NCBI GenBank assembly: GCA_035541455.1
Contig: DATKNH010000013.1
Coordinates: 4,780 to 68,779, forward strand
Origin: Syntrophorhabdales bacterium
Lineage (GTDB): Bacteria; Desulfobacterota; Syntrophorhabdia; Syntrophorhabdales; WCHB1-27
Reading direction: 5' to 3'
Length of the DNA stretch: 64,000 bases
Shown: positions 26,644 through 34,380 of the stretch, one piece after another
Layout of the letters: each line of letters opens with the position of its first letter
How positions within the stretch are numbered: position 1 is the first letter of the stretch
Position numbers and translations under genes: made by a program
The notes under the pieces: generated by a model
Seen by the model: only the letters and a program-made list of their open reading frames with translations
What the model was told of the DNA's origin: nothing
Database searches by the model: none

Positions 26644-27342
26644 ATGAGCGAGAACCTTGGGTCGTGTGCCAGGAGAGAATGGCCGCTGATTACGCCGCTG
26701 GTACTCGACAGATGCAGGCAGTATGGGCCCATAGCACAGATATCAGGTATAGTTTGTCTTGCGGCATTCCTTGTTGCCTGCCATGGGAGCGGCAGCGCGC
26801 AGGCCGATAAAGAGGAGCGCGCCAAGAACAAAGCCGCGGTCGAGGAGAAAGCGGCAGGCAAGGGCAGTAACGCACCAGCGGCCGATGCGATCACGAAGAG
26901 CGAAGCTCAGGCAGTTGATCCCGCCGGCAAAGAGCACCTGGATGATGCCATCACGTGTCTTGCGCGCACTATATATTGGGAAGCCAGGAGCGCAGGCGTT
27001 GCTGACATGGAAGCCATCGCCAATGTCGTCATGAACCGGCTCGGCCACGAAGGTTTCCCGAGCACTATCTGTGAAATCGTCAAAAAAGGGCAAAAGCAGC
27101 GCACCTGCCAATTTTCCTGGTGGTGCGATGGACTTCCGGACACGGCGCAGGACGAGAAGTCCTATGCGGTTGCCAAAGAAATTGCACGTAAGGCGCTCAA
27201 CCGGGAACTGGTCGATGTGACCAGGGGGGCTCTCTACTTCCGCGGTAAAGGATCATCTCCCGCCTGGGCGAAGAAATATATGAGGACCGCCACCGTCGGC
27301 AGCCACGTATTCTACAAGCCGCGTGGTGGCAAGGCGAAATGA
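26644..27342 (+). CDS. SleB-type cell-wall hydrolase (Hydrolase_2) family protein, probable lipoprotein
   Basis: C-terminal LARTIYWEARSAGVADMEAIANVVMNRL...CQFSWWCDG...ALYF. LVAC lipobox-like segment. Start uncertain. Confidence 0.7.
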   Translation: MSENLGSCARREWPLITPLVLDRCRQYGPIAQISGIVCLAAFLVACHGSGSAQADKEERAKNKAAVEEKAAGKGSNAPAADAITKSEAQAVDPAGKEHLDDAITCLARTIYWEARSAGVADMEAIANVVMNRLGHEGFPSTICEIVKKGQKQRTCQFSWWCDGLPDTAQDEKSYAVAKEIARKALNRELVDVTRGALYFRGKGSSPAWAKKYMRTATVGSHVFYKPRGGKAK

Positions 27343-27469
27343 GAGAGGCGACAGCGCATCATTGTACTGGCTCGCTAGATACCGCAGGGTGCTGCAGAGC
27401 TCGCAAAGGAACCGTTGGGCGAGTGCGTGACGGGTCATATCAAGAAATGCAAGATATAGGGAGGTTGTC

Positions 27470-27640
27470 ATGCTGTACTGGGCTCTTGTTTTCTTTATTG
27501 TTGCGATCGTCGCGGCAGTCTTTGGTTTTACTGGCATTGCTTTGGCCGCAGCAGGAATTGCCAAAGTCTTTTTCGCTATCTTTCTTGTGCTCTTCCTCAT
27601 CAGCTTGCTGACGCACCTATGGAAACGCCCCAGAGCTTAA
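27470..27640 (+). CDS. UPF0391 (DUF1328, YtjA-like) small membrane protein; absent from the supplied ORF track
   Basis: 56 aa: [65 protein letters not shown] 5-6 nt upstream. Below the track length cutoff. Confidence 0.8.
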   Translation: MLYWALVFFIVAIVAAVFGFTGIALAAAGIAKVFFAIFLVLFLISLLTHLWKRPRA

Positions 27641-27666
27641 GCTAGCTGGACGGAACGGAGAATCAC

Positions 27667-28140
27667 GTGGCCATGAGGCCGCTCAGGTCGCACCTCTTCT
27701 ATGTTCTGCCCGCTGTGGGCTTGGGCGCTCTGACCCTGCTGTTTCTGATTTTTGTTCTTCGGTATGTTGACCTGAAGCCGCGGGTGGATCAAAACTTTTT
27801 CTTTTCCAGCCATGATCCTCAACTTCAAGCTGACCGGCAGATTTCCAGGATCTTCATGCAGGAACCGCAGCTCATCCTGAGCGCGGGGGAGAGATTCATT
27901 CTCCACGTTATCTGGGCAAGGTCAGAGCGCTAACGAATGAACTCGGAACGTTCCCGGAGATAGACACGGTCGAGTCCTTGACGCAAGGTCCGCACGATGT
28001 CGAGGAGGCCCTGAGAAGCCCTTCGTGTGCCCATAGACATCATTTCGGCGCCGGGCGCCAACATTGCAATCGGCATTGGTGTGGACGCAACGATCCACGT
28101 GCTTATCTGGGTGCGGCGCCACCCATCCGGCACGCGCTAG
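27667..28140 (+). pseudogene. Remnant of an MMPL/RND-type exporter (N-terminal part fused to extreme C-terminus, frameshifted)
   Basis: Frame 1 gives an N-terminal TM plus LKPRVDQNFFFSSHDPQLQADRQI. A second frame gives RYLGKVRALTNELGTFPEIDTVESLTQGP. A third frame ends IAIGIGVDATIHVLIWVRR. The roughly 700 aa normally between these parts are missing. Confidence 0.6.
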
Positions 28141-28240
28141 CGGACGGCGCGGAAAACCTCAACTTGAGCACTGAAAGAATTTGAGCCTGGGACATTGACT
28201 GTCGCGCGGGAGACATTAAGATTATGATGTTGAGAATGCG

Positions 28241-28849
28241 ATGAGCAGGCAGCAGAAGTTGCTATTGTTGAAGAAGTGCGCATTTTCGTTAATACTCCTC
28301 GCTTTGCTCATTGTAACACGCTGTGCTCCGGTGGAGAAACGCGTTGACCTCACCTATGGAAGCTCTGTCAAAGCCACGGGAGGCTCAGGCGAGGTACTCG
28401 TTGCGCAGCCGGTGATGAAGCAGAATCTGGCGGTACTTCCCTCGGGCAGGCAGATCATAGGAAAGTCAGGGGACATAGACATAGTCATAGGAGAGAATCC
28501 TGCCAACTGGCTTCTATCGGCCCTCAAGCTGGAGCTGTCTGCTGCTGGATACGACGTGAAGACTGTCCCGACGCTTCCAGCAGGCGTTTCAAAAGGAATA
28601 AACACGATTTTTCTGACCCTCTCCGCAAATCAGTCCTCCAAGGTGCTGACCATTGTTACAACCACTGACGTTAAACTGGAGGTACAACTCTGGACCCATG
28701 GGCAGCTCGCGAAGACGCTAACCGTGTCGGCCCAAGACTACGAAGAGGGGGCGGACCGTTCTTCAGAACCAATCCGGCTGGCCCTTGAAAAAACGCTGAA
28801 TCGCGTCATGCAGGAGCTTCTTCCTGACATCATCAAAGGACTGCAGTAG
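28241..28849 (+). CDS. Putative lipoprotein (YajG-like, tentative)
   Basis: 202 aa with an N-terminal hydrophobic segment ending in Cys. Overall layout recalls YajG. Confidence 0.4.
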   Translation: MSRQQKLLLLKKCAFSLILLALLIVTRCAPVEKRVDLTYGSSVKATGGSGEVLVAQPVMKQNLAVLPSGRQIIGKSGDIDIVIGENPANWLLSALKLELSAAGYDVKTVPTLPAGVSKGINTIFLTLSANQSSKVLTIVTTTDVKLEVQLWTHGQLAKTLTVSAQDYEEGADRSSEPIRLALEKTLNRVMQELLPDIIKGLQ

Positions 28850-28910
28850 TTCTTATCAGGTTACGAGAGGACCAGGACCGTAGACACCCTGATGCCGCTT
28901 CCGGTTCTGC

Positions 28911-29363
28911 TCACTTGAAGTACGACGCAGCCTTGTCGTACGCTTTGTGAAGATCATCCCGGGCAGTATCGGCCTCAGCCTTGGTCTTCTCCCACGCTTT
29001 TGATGAAAGAGCCTTCGCTTTGGCTTTTGCTGTCTTCTGCTTTGCTTTCAGGTCATTCCAGCTTTCCTTTGTTTCAGCCTCCAGCTTTGACCCTTGCTTC
29101 TTGACCTTCTTGCTGAGCGCCGCGATCTTCTTATCCATTGCCCGGAGGTCCTTTTCCAAATCCTTCTTGTAGGCTTCCATCGTTCCTTTCGACTCCTCAG
29201 CCCCCGCGGTGCTCCCCTTCATCCCGGGTTTGCCCTCTTGTCCTGTCGCCATGGACTTCTGGGCTGACTCCCCGCTTTGCTGCGAGTACGTTGGAAGCGC
29301 CCAGGCCGTCGCGAGCAGGCATACCGTCAACAAGAACAATCCAAAGACTTTGCAACGTTTCAT
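28911..29363 (-). CDS. Secreted Lys/Ala/Glu-rich helical protein (LEA/apolipoprotein-like stress protein)
   Basis: 150 aa with a signal peptide, then amphipathic low-complexity helices (KKDLEKDLRAMDKKIAALSKKVKK...KAKQKTAKAKAKALSSKAWEKTKAEAD). Confidence 0.5.
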   Translation of the reverse strand: MKRCKVFGLFLLTVCLLATAWALPTYSQQSGESAQKSMATGQEGKPGMKGSTAGAEESKGTMEAYKKDLEKDLRAMDKKIAALSKKVKKQGSKLEAETKESWNDLKAKQKTAKAKAKALSSKAWEKTKAEADTARDDLHKAYDKAASYFK

Positions 29364-29559
29364 TCACATACCTCCCCATCCGTATTTGCGACCCGCGTAA
29401 TCAGCCAGTCAATGAGAGAGAATCTCCACTCGCGGATGGCTGGACTGGGCGTGCACTACGAGACGGTCGCATAGTGACAGGTTGTGTTCGGACCGGGACA
29501 AAGTCAATAGCAGCGGTGATCCATCTCTCCATCAAGCTGAGGCATGAAAATGCGTTGGA

Positions 29560-29871
29560 TTACCCTTCCGCTGGTTCCTGTTTCTTTTTTTCGTATGCTT
29601 CTATACCGGCCTGGACTGCGCTGGTAATACGCCGTTTTTTGTCCTCAATGAGGCCTTTTCCGTTCTCCAGCGTGGAAATGACCGCATCTTTGATCTGCCC
29701 GTAGTAATCGTCGGCCTTCCTCCTCGCATCCCCCGCGAAGCCCCTGATCTGCTCGCGTGTTTCCTTGCCGGTCATCGGAGTAACCAGTAGCGCGACACCT
29801 GCGCCGATCAGTCCGCCCAGAAGGAACGAAGATACCACCGAACATACCCCGCTTGATCCTTCGTGTTCCAT
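29560..29871 (-). CDS. YtxH-domain general-stress protein
   Basis: Start at MEHEGSS with an AGGAGG RBS. LLGGLIGAGVALLVTPMTGKETREQIRGFAGDARRKADDY is the YtxH pattern. Confidence 0.7.
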   Translation of the reverse strand: MEHEGSSGVCSVVSSFLLGGLIGAGVALLVTPMTGKETREQIRGFAGDARRKADDYYGQIKDAVISTLENGKGLIEDKKRRITSAVQAGIEAYEKKKQEPAEG

Positions 29872-30043
29872 AGCAACCCTCCTTTTGTTCTGCTGTTGTG
29901 TCCTGGAAGCGTTATACAAACTACCTTTCTTTCATTGCGCCTTCACTGGAAGTAAAGGCAGGGAGTGCATCTTCCCGCTGCTAGCCTTCGGAGAACGCGC
30001 TGTCAGGGCGTTCTTGAAAGTGCCGGGTTTCGGCCGCACGGCG

Positions 30044-30613
30044 TCAGTGATGCCCTTGTCCTTCATGCTGGTGGTGTCCTCCTCCATGTTCTTCCCCGCC
30101 TCTTCCTTCACCACCCCCGTGCCTCTCTTCTCCGTGTCCCATGCCCCGCTCTTCGGGTTTTCCATGCCAGCCCTCTCGCCATTGCCTATCGCGGGCCCAG
30201 TATTGCTGGCGTTCCCATCCTGCCCAGTTTTTTTTCATCTGTCCGTACGGTATCCGGCGGTATCCCGGGGGCACTCTACGATAGTCCGGAGGAAGCCGCA
30301 GGAGCGGTGGGGGCACCCTTTCCGGTGGAAGATTGAGCCATGGGCCATTATAGGAGTGAGCCCTGAACCAGTGGCCTTCATATGGACGATACCAAAAACC
30401 CCCGTAAAAGAAAATCTCCGCGGTAATGTCAGGTATCATGTAAACGTAGGTTCCCGGTATGACCACGACCGGAGGGGACGCAGGTATGCTGTACGGGGGC
30501 GGAGGACCTATATGGATATCCACGCTGACCTGGGCATCACTTGCTGCAGGTATCCAGACGGCGAACAGAAGTAAAGCTCCGGTCAGAAAGACGCGCGACT
30601 CATTTCCTCTCAT
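30044..30613 (-). CDS. Secreted Pro/aromatic-rich protein with His/Gly/Glu-rich C-terminal tail
   Basis: Start at MRGNESRVFL (signal peptide, AAGGAGAGGA RBS). Centre is FFYGGFWYRPYEGHWFRAHSYNGPW...PPDYRRVPPGYRRIPYG. Tail is GMGHGEERHGGGEGRGGEEHGGGHHQHEGQGHH. Confidence 0.55.
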   Translation of the reverse strand: MRGNESRVFLTGALLLFAVWIPAASDAQVSVDIHIGPPPPYSIPASPPVVVIPGTYVYMIPDITAEIFFYGGFWYRPYEGHWFRAHSYNGPWLNLPPERVPPPLLRLPPDYRRVPPGYRRIPYGQMKKNWAGWERQQYWARDRQWREGWHGKPEERGMGHGEERHGGGEGRGGEEHGGGHHQHEGQGHH

Positions 30614-30826
30614 ACGACGTCCTCTCCTTTTGCATGAATGTCGCATTCGTACATAGATTAATCACTCATCAGCCTCGCTGCAAGGCCAGCCGAAAGCATC
30701 AGAATATGTATCGACCAGCCGTTGAGCCTACTTGATGCCCCCAATGAACATACATGAAGAGGTCATTACATGGACGTCGAATTGCGAACGCGGCAAAATG
30801 AAAAGGTGGGAATGTGCGGCGTTGAC

Positions 30827-31582
30827 CTAGTGCTCTCCTGCCTGCGGCCTCAGTACGATAATACCGGGTTTGCCCGTTATGTATGCTCTGAAATCCTGGT
30901 CGATCACCTTTCTCTGGGATGGCAAAGAGCAAGCGTGGCGGAAACAGACAGTCCTCCTTCTTTTGATCAGAATGCCCACGTGTGACACGTCGAGGCCTCG
31001 CGTCTTCGCATATATGCCAATGTAATCGCCTGTTCTTAAGCGGCGAATGATTTCGATATCAATTTCTTTGCGTGGAATGTATGCGATGTCGCGCTCCTCC
31101 GGGCTTATTCCGGGGAGAAAGTAGGTTCCATCCCCCCGATCATTGAGTCTCTTGCGAACGTGCCTGACATGTTGCCTGCCGATATCGGCGGTTACGTCAC
31201 AGACCCGGGAGTTTCTCTGGGTCCAGTCAGTGAAAAAATGGTTCCTGGTCTCGTATCCAGCGTTGCCTCCACGGTATCTGATCACCCGCAGCCTCTGTTT
31301 GAAAGATTTGAAACTGTCAGACTGGCGCATGGCTTCGACGTAATCGAGGTACGTGAAGCAATCAACAGCCTCCAGGTTGACGGTAAAAACTTCTGGCGTG
31401 CTTACGCCACCCGTCAGAGTGGATTCCCTGTAGGGAATACCCAGGAACTGCGCAGAGAGAAACGCTACCCGTCTGCCTGCAGGTGAGATCTTTTCAGCAG
31501 CAGCAAGCATGTCATCAAGATCATGCCGGCTCCACTTGCCGAGCAAGACCCTTACCCTCTGCCTTTGCGCTTGTGTAGTCAT
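30827..31582 (-). CDS. DUF1460-family protein (amidase/peptidase-like, cell-wall related)
   Basis: 251 aa. FLGIPYRESTLTGG...EVFTVNLEAVDCFTYLDYVEAM matches the DUF1460 N-terminal pattern. Confidence 0.6.
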   Translation of the reverse strand: MTTQAQRQRVRVLLGKWSRHDLDDMLAAAEKISPAGRRVAFLSAQFLGIPYRESTLTGGVSTPEVFTVNLEAVDCFTYLDYVEAMRQSDSFKSFKQRLRVIRYRGGNAGYETRNHFFTDWTQRNSRVCDVTADIGRQHVRHVRKRLNDRGDGTYFLPGISPEERDIAYIPRKEIDIEIIRRLRTGDYIGIYAKTRGLDVSHVGILIKRRRTVCFRHACSLPSQRKVIDQDFRAYITGKPGIIVLRPQAGEH

Positions 31583-31689
31583 GGTGGACCAGTCCGATAG
31601 TATACCACGCTGTGACCGCTTCCGACGGATTGACTATTCTGTTGCATAGATGGAGTGATTGTGAGAGAAATAAGAACAGCGCACCTGCC

Positions 31690-32568
31690 ATGAAAGTCGT
31701 CGACGTTCACACCCACGGCATAGACGGATTCGACACGAGAAGCAGCACTGTTGATGGTATGTTACGAATAGCAGAAATCCACGGTGCAGCAGGTGTTTCG
31801 AAAATCGTGCTGTCAATCTACCCCGCACCGATACGGGAAATGCGGCGGCAGATAGAACTGGTGCGAGAGGCAATGGAAAGGCAGGTTCACGGGTCAGGAG
31901 TCGCTGTTCACGGAGGCGGAGCCCGTATTCTGGGTGTTCATCTCGAAGGGCCATTCTTGAACCCGACACGGTCTGGCGCGCTTAATCCCTCTTTCTTTAT
32001 TGATCCGGAAGAGCGTGTATTTCGTGAACTCATAGAAGGGTTCGAAGATAGCATCGTAGTTATCACGGTCGCCCCGGAGCGAAAGGGGGCTGGTGCACTC
32101 ATACGAAAAGTTTCCGACCTGGGTATCGTGGTCAGCATGGGTCACTCTGACGCTACGTACTCTGAAGCAGAGGCTGGTTTTAATGCAGGGGCTCGCGGGA
32201 TCACGCATCTCTTTAACGGGATGAGAGGATTTCATCACAGGGAACCGGGGCTGGCAGGCTTTGGGCTATTGAACAGGCATATCTACGTGGAAGTCATAGC
32301 CGATCCTTTTCATCTGCATGACGCAACACTTAAACTGATCTTTGAAATGAAGGAGCCCAATAAAATAGTCCTGGTTTCCGATTCAGTGAAGGAGACGCGC
32401 ACGGCTGGGGGATATGGAAGAATAGATGATCCTTCGGGCAGACTCCAGGGCGGCAGCATGACCATAACCGAGTCGGCTCGAAGACTTGTGGCGCTGGGTT
32501 TGCGCGAAAATACGGTCATGAATGCTGTTACGAATAACCCGAGGCAATACCTGATGCTCAAAGCCTAG
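31690..32568 (+). CDS. NagA-like amidohydrolase (N-acetylglucosamine-6-phosphate deacetylase family), catalytic barrel only
   Basis: VVDVHTHG, GVHLEGPFLNP, SMGHSDATYSEA, ITHLFNGMRGFHHREPGLAG. Lacks the N- and C-terminal beta-sandwich segments of E. coli NagA. Start at the ATG (MKVVD) is preferred over the GTG at 31612. Confidence 0.7.
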   Translation: MKVVDVHTHGIDGFDTRSSTVDGMLRIAEIHGAAGVSKIVLSIYPAPIREMRRQIELVREAMERQVHGSGVAVHGGGARILGVHLEGPFLNPTRSGALNPSFFIDPEERVFRELIEGFEDSIVVITVAPERKGAGALIRKVSDLGIVVSMGHSDATYSEAEAGFNAGARGITHLFNGMRGFHHREPGLAGFGLLNRHIYVEVIADPFHLHDATLKLIFEMKEPNKIVLVSDSVKETRTAGGYGRIDDPSGRLQGGSMTITESARRLVALGLRENTVMNAVTNNPRQYLMLKA

Positions 32569-32592
32569 TGCGAAACCCCAAATTCCAAGCGT

Positions 32593-32683
32593 GAAATTCC
32601 AAACAAATATGCGAATATCAAATGTCCCAAGACTTAAACGCCGTCTGAGAGAATTTTGAATATTAGGACTTGTTTAGAATTTC
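32593..32683. repeat. AT-rich imperfect palindrome in a convergent intergenic region
   Basis: GAAATTCCAAACAA (32593-32606) matches the reverse complement of 32670-32683 at 13/14 positions. Inner arms are AATATCAAAT / AATATTCAAAAT. AAATTCCAA is also directly repeated. Confidence 0.6.
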
Positions 32684-32703
32684 GATATTGCGATTTAAAA
32701 TTT

Positions 32704-32728
32704 AACGTGGATGAATTTCATTCACGTT
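32704..32728 (-). terminator. Rho-independent terminator-like hairpin after the HAD phosphatase gene
   Basis: 10-bp stem (AACGTGGATG / CATTCACGTT, including one G-T pair) with loop AATTT, followed on the minus strand by AAAUUUUAAAU. Confidence 0.5.
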
Positions 32729-33374
32729 ACCAGAGCGTGGTGACAATATCGATCAACTCAGGAAACGTGTCCAGGGTAAAATCTGCGCCGTCGGTGAAAC
32801 CTGACGAACCGTACCCGTAGGTGACAGCCGCAGTCTTTACGCCCGCGCCGCGGCCGGCCTCAATATCATAAGAGGTATCGCCTACCATTAAGGTTTCTTC
32901 TGCCGGAACGCTGAATTTTGAAAGTACAGAGAGTATGGCCTGAGGACTCGGTTTCCGTTCAGGGCCTGAATCTCCTCCCACAACCAGATCGAAATATTGC
33001 AGAAGCCGGAGTTGTCTGAGTGTCTTCATGGTGAATACTTCCAGCTTGTTCGAGACAACAGCCTTCTTGAAATCCTTCAGTCGCTGGAGGGTATCCTCCA
33101 CCCCCGGGTAGGGCGCGGAATAGACCGCTATGTGTTCCAGGTAATATTCTCTGAAATGCTTGCGGATAGTGGCGGGGTCAACCCCCAGGCTTTTCCACTC
33201 GTCAAATTTCTTCATAATGAGGGTCATGCCTTCACCCAGTATAGTTTCTATCTCGGTGCGCGAGATAGGCGGGATCCCGTGCAGACCTATCGAGTAGTTA
33301 AACGCGTTGGCGATATCGGTTGCCGAGTCCACGAGGGTACCGTCGAGGTCAAAGAGTATTAGCTGGAGGGCCAC
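32727..33374 (-). CDS. HAD-superfamily hydrolase, phosphoglycolate phosphatase (Gph)-like
   Basis: LILFDLDGTLVDSATDIANAF (motif I), VVSNK (motif II), MVGDTSYDIEAGRGAG (motif IV). A GTG start at 33374 is proposed; the track N-extension is unsupported. Confidence 0.75.
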   Translation of the reverse strand: MALQLILFDLDGTLVDSATDIANAFNYSIGLHGIPPISRTEIETILGEGMTLIMKKFDEWKSLGVDPATIRKHFREYYLEHIAVYSAPYPGVEDTLQRLKDFKKAVVSNKLEVFTMKTLRQLRLLQYFDLVVGGDSGPERKPSPQAILSVLSKFSVPAEETLMVGDTSYDIEAGRGAGVKTAAVTYGYGSSGFTDGADFTLDTFPELIDIVTTLW

Positions 33375-33502
33375 GCAATAATGTAATGGAATTGTTTCGA
33401 ATGCGCAAGCAGGCAAGATGGTAAAGGGGGAAGAGCGGTCAGCCCGCCACAAATGCTTCCACTTTCTTTGTTTCTGCCATTTGCCTCACCGTATATGAAT
33501 AG

Positions 33503-33811
33503 TTATTTCTTGCGTTCATCAGTCCTATCCTTAAGGTATTTCTTGTACTCCTTCAACAGGATATAGGCATACTCTCTACGGACGCGGCCTGAGGAAGGGA
33601 TATAGTTCCTCATCGCTTCCAGCCTTGTGATGATCTCCTCTGCAGTGGCATCGTTGGCTTTGCGGTCCTCTGCGTGGAGTTCGGCCAGTATTTCGTCCAG
33701 GCCAAACACGCCGGCCTGCGTATCATCAGCAAATTTCAATATGCGCCAACTAACTGGTGGCGGGGTGTAGTCGTCCCCTCAGTCTGCTCAACCGGCATCA
33801 AAGTGTGCCAC
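33503..33811 (-). CDS. Candidate small selenoprotein with N-terminal U-x-x-U motif (two in-frame TGA codons)
   Basis: GAAGGAGG lies 8 nt upstream of GTG 33811. The frame reads VAHFDAG-TGA-AD-TGA-GDDYTPPPVSWRI and runs in frame into the 78-aa track ORF. That ORF has only a TTG start and no RBS. TGA codons are at 33790-33788 and 33781-33779. Confidence 0.45.
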
Positions 33812-33847
33812 AGGTACCACCTCCTTCAGGGTTGCCCTTTTTGCTGC

Positions 33848-34189
33848 TCATCTCGGGTAAGCCGCAACGACAGCGATGAAGGCATTATCTTTGCCTGTAT
33901 TGGTGAACGCATGGGGTACGCCTGCGGGGAGCCATATCGCATCCCACGTCTTCACCGCTCTTTCTTCGTCGCCCACTTTCATCGACCCTTCGCCTGAAAG
34001 CATGAAATAGACTTCCTCTACAGCATCCACATGCTCTTCGAGGGTATTGCCGGGTGGCACCACTGCCCACGCAAAAAATTCCATGGATTTCATAAAATGA
34101 GAAGTAAGCAGCATGCGGGCAATGCCTCCGCGATGAGCTACGTAAGTTGTTCTTTCGGCTTCCGGGCTTTCTACATTCACGACGATCAT
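33848..34189 (-). CDS. Cupin-domain protein
   Basis: 113 aa from MIVVNVESPE (AAGGAG RBS). GNTLEEHVDAVEEVYFMLSGEGSMKVGDEE...IWLPAGVPHAFTNTG is a cupin motif pair. Confidence 0.75.
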   Translation of the reverse strand: MIVVNVESPEAERTTYVAHRGGIARMLLTSHFMKSMEFFAWAVVPPGNTLEEHVDAVEEVYFMLSGEGSMKVGDEERAVKTWDAIWLPAGVPHAFTNTGKDNAFIAVVAAYPR

Positions 34190-34341
34190 TTCTTGTGCTC
34201 CTTTGGATCGGGGTTGCTGAATTATAGCATCCGCTGAGACGGTGTCAAGCGTGCTGCGAGCCCTATGCAATCCATATTCAATCATTGACAACAGGGGCGG
34301 GAGGCGCAATACTAACATAGAAAAAATGAATCGACACGGAC

Positions 34342-34367
34342 GCAGACAACAGAAGCAGACAACAGAA
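34342..34367 (+). repeat. Perfect 13-bp tandem duplication in the 5' UTR of the Sec-glutaredoxin gene
   Basis: GCAGACAACAGAA occurs at 34342-34354 and again at 34355-34367, immediately before the GGAGGTG RBS. Confidence 0.9.
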
Positions 34368-34380
34368 TAGGAGGTGAAGT

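Noticed and set aside
27339-27611. The 90-aa plus-strand track ORF.
   Set aside because: The translation is implausible and there is no RBS. A different frame in the same region encodes a textbook UPF0391 protein with an RBS (27470-27640).
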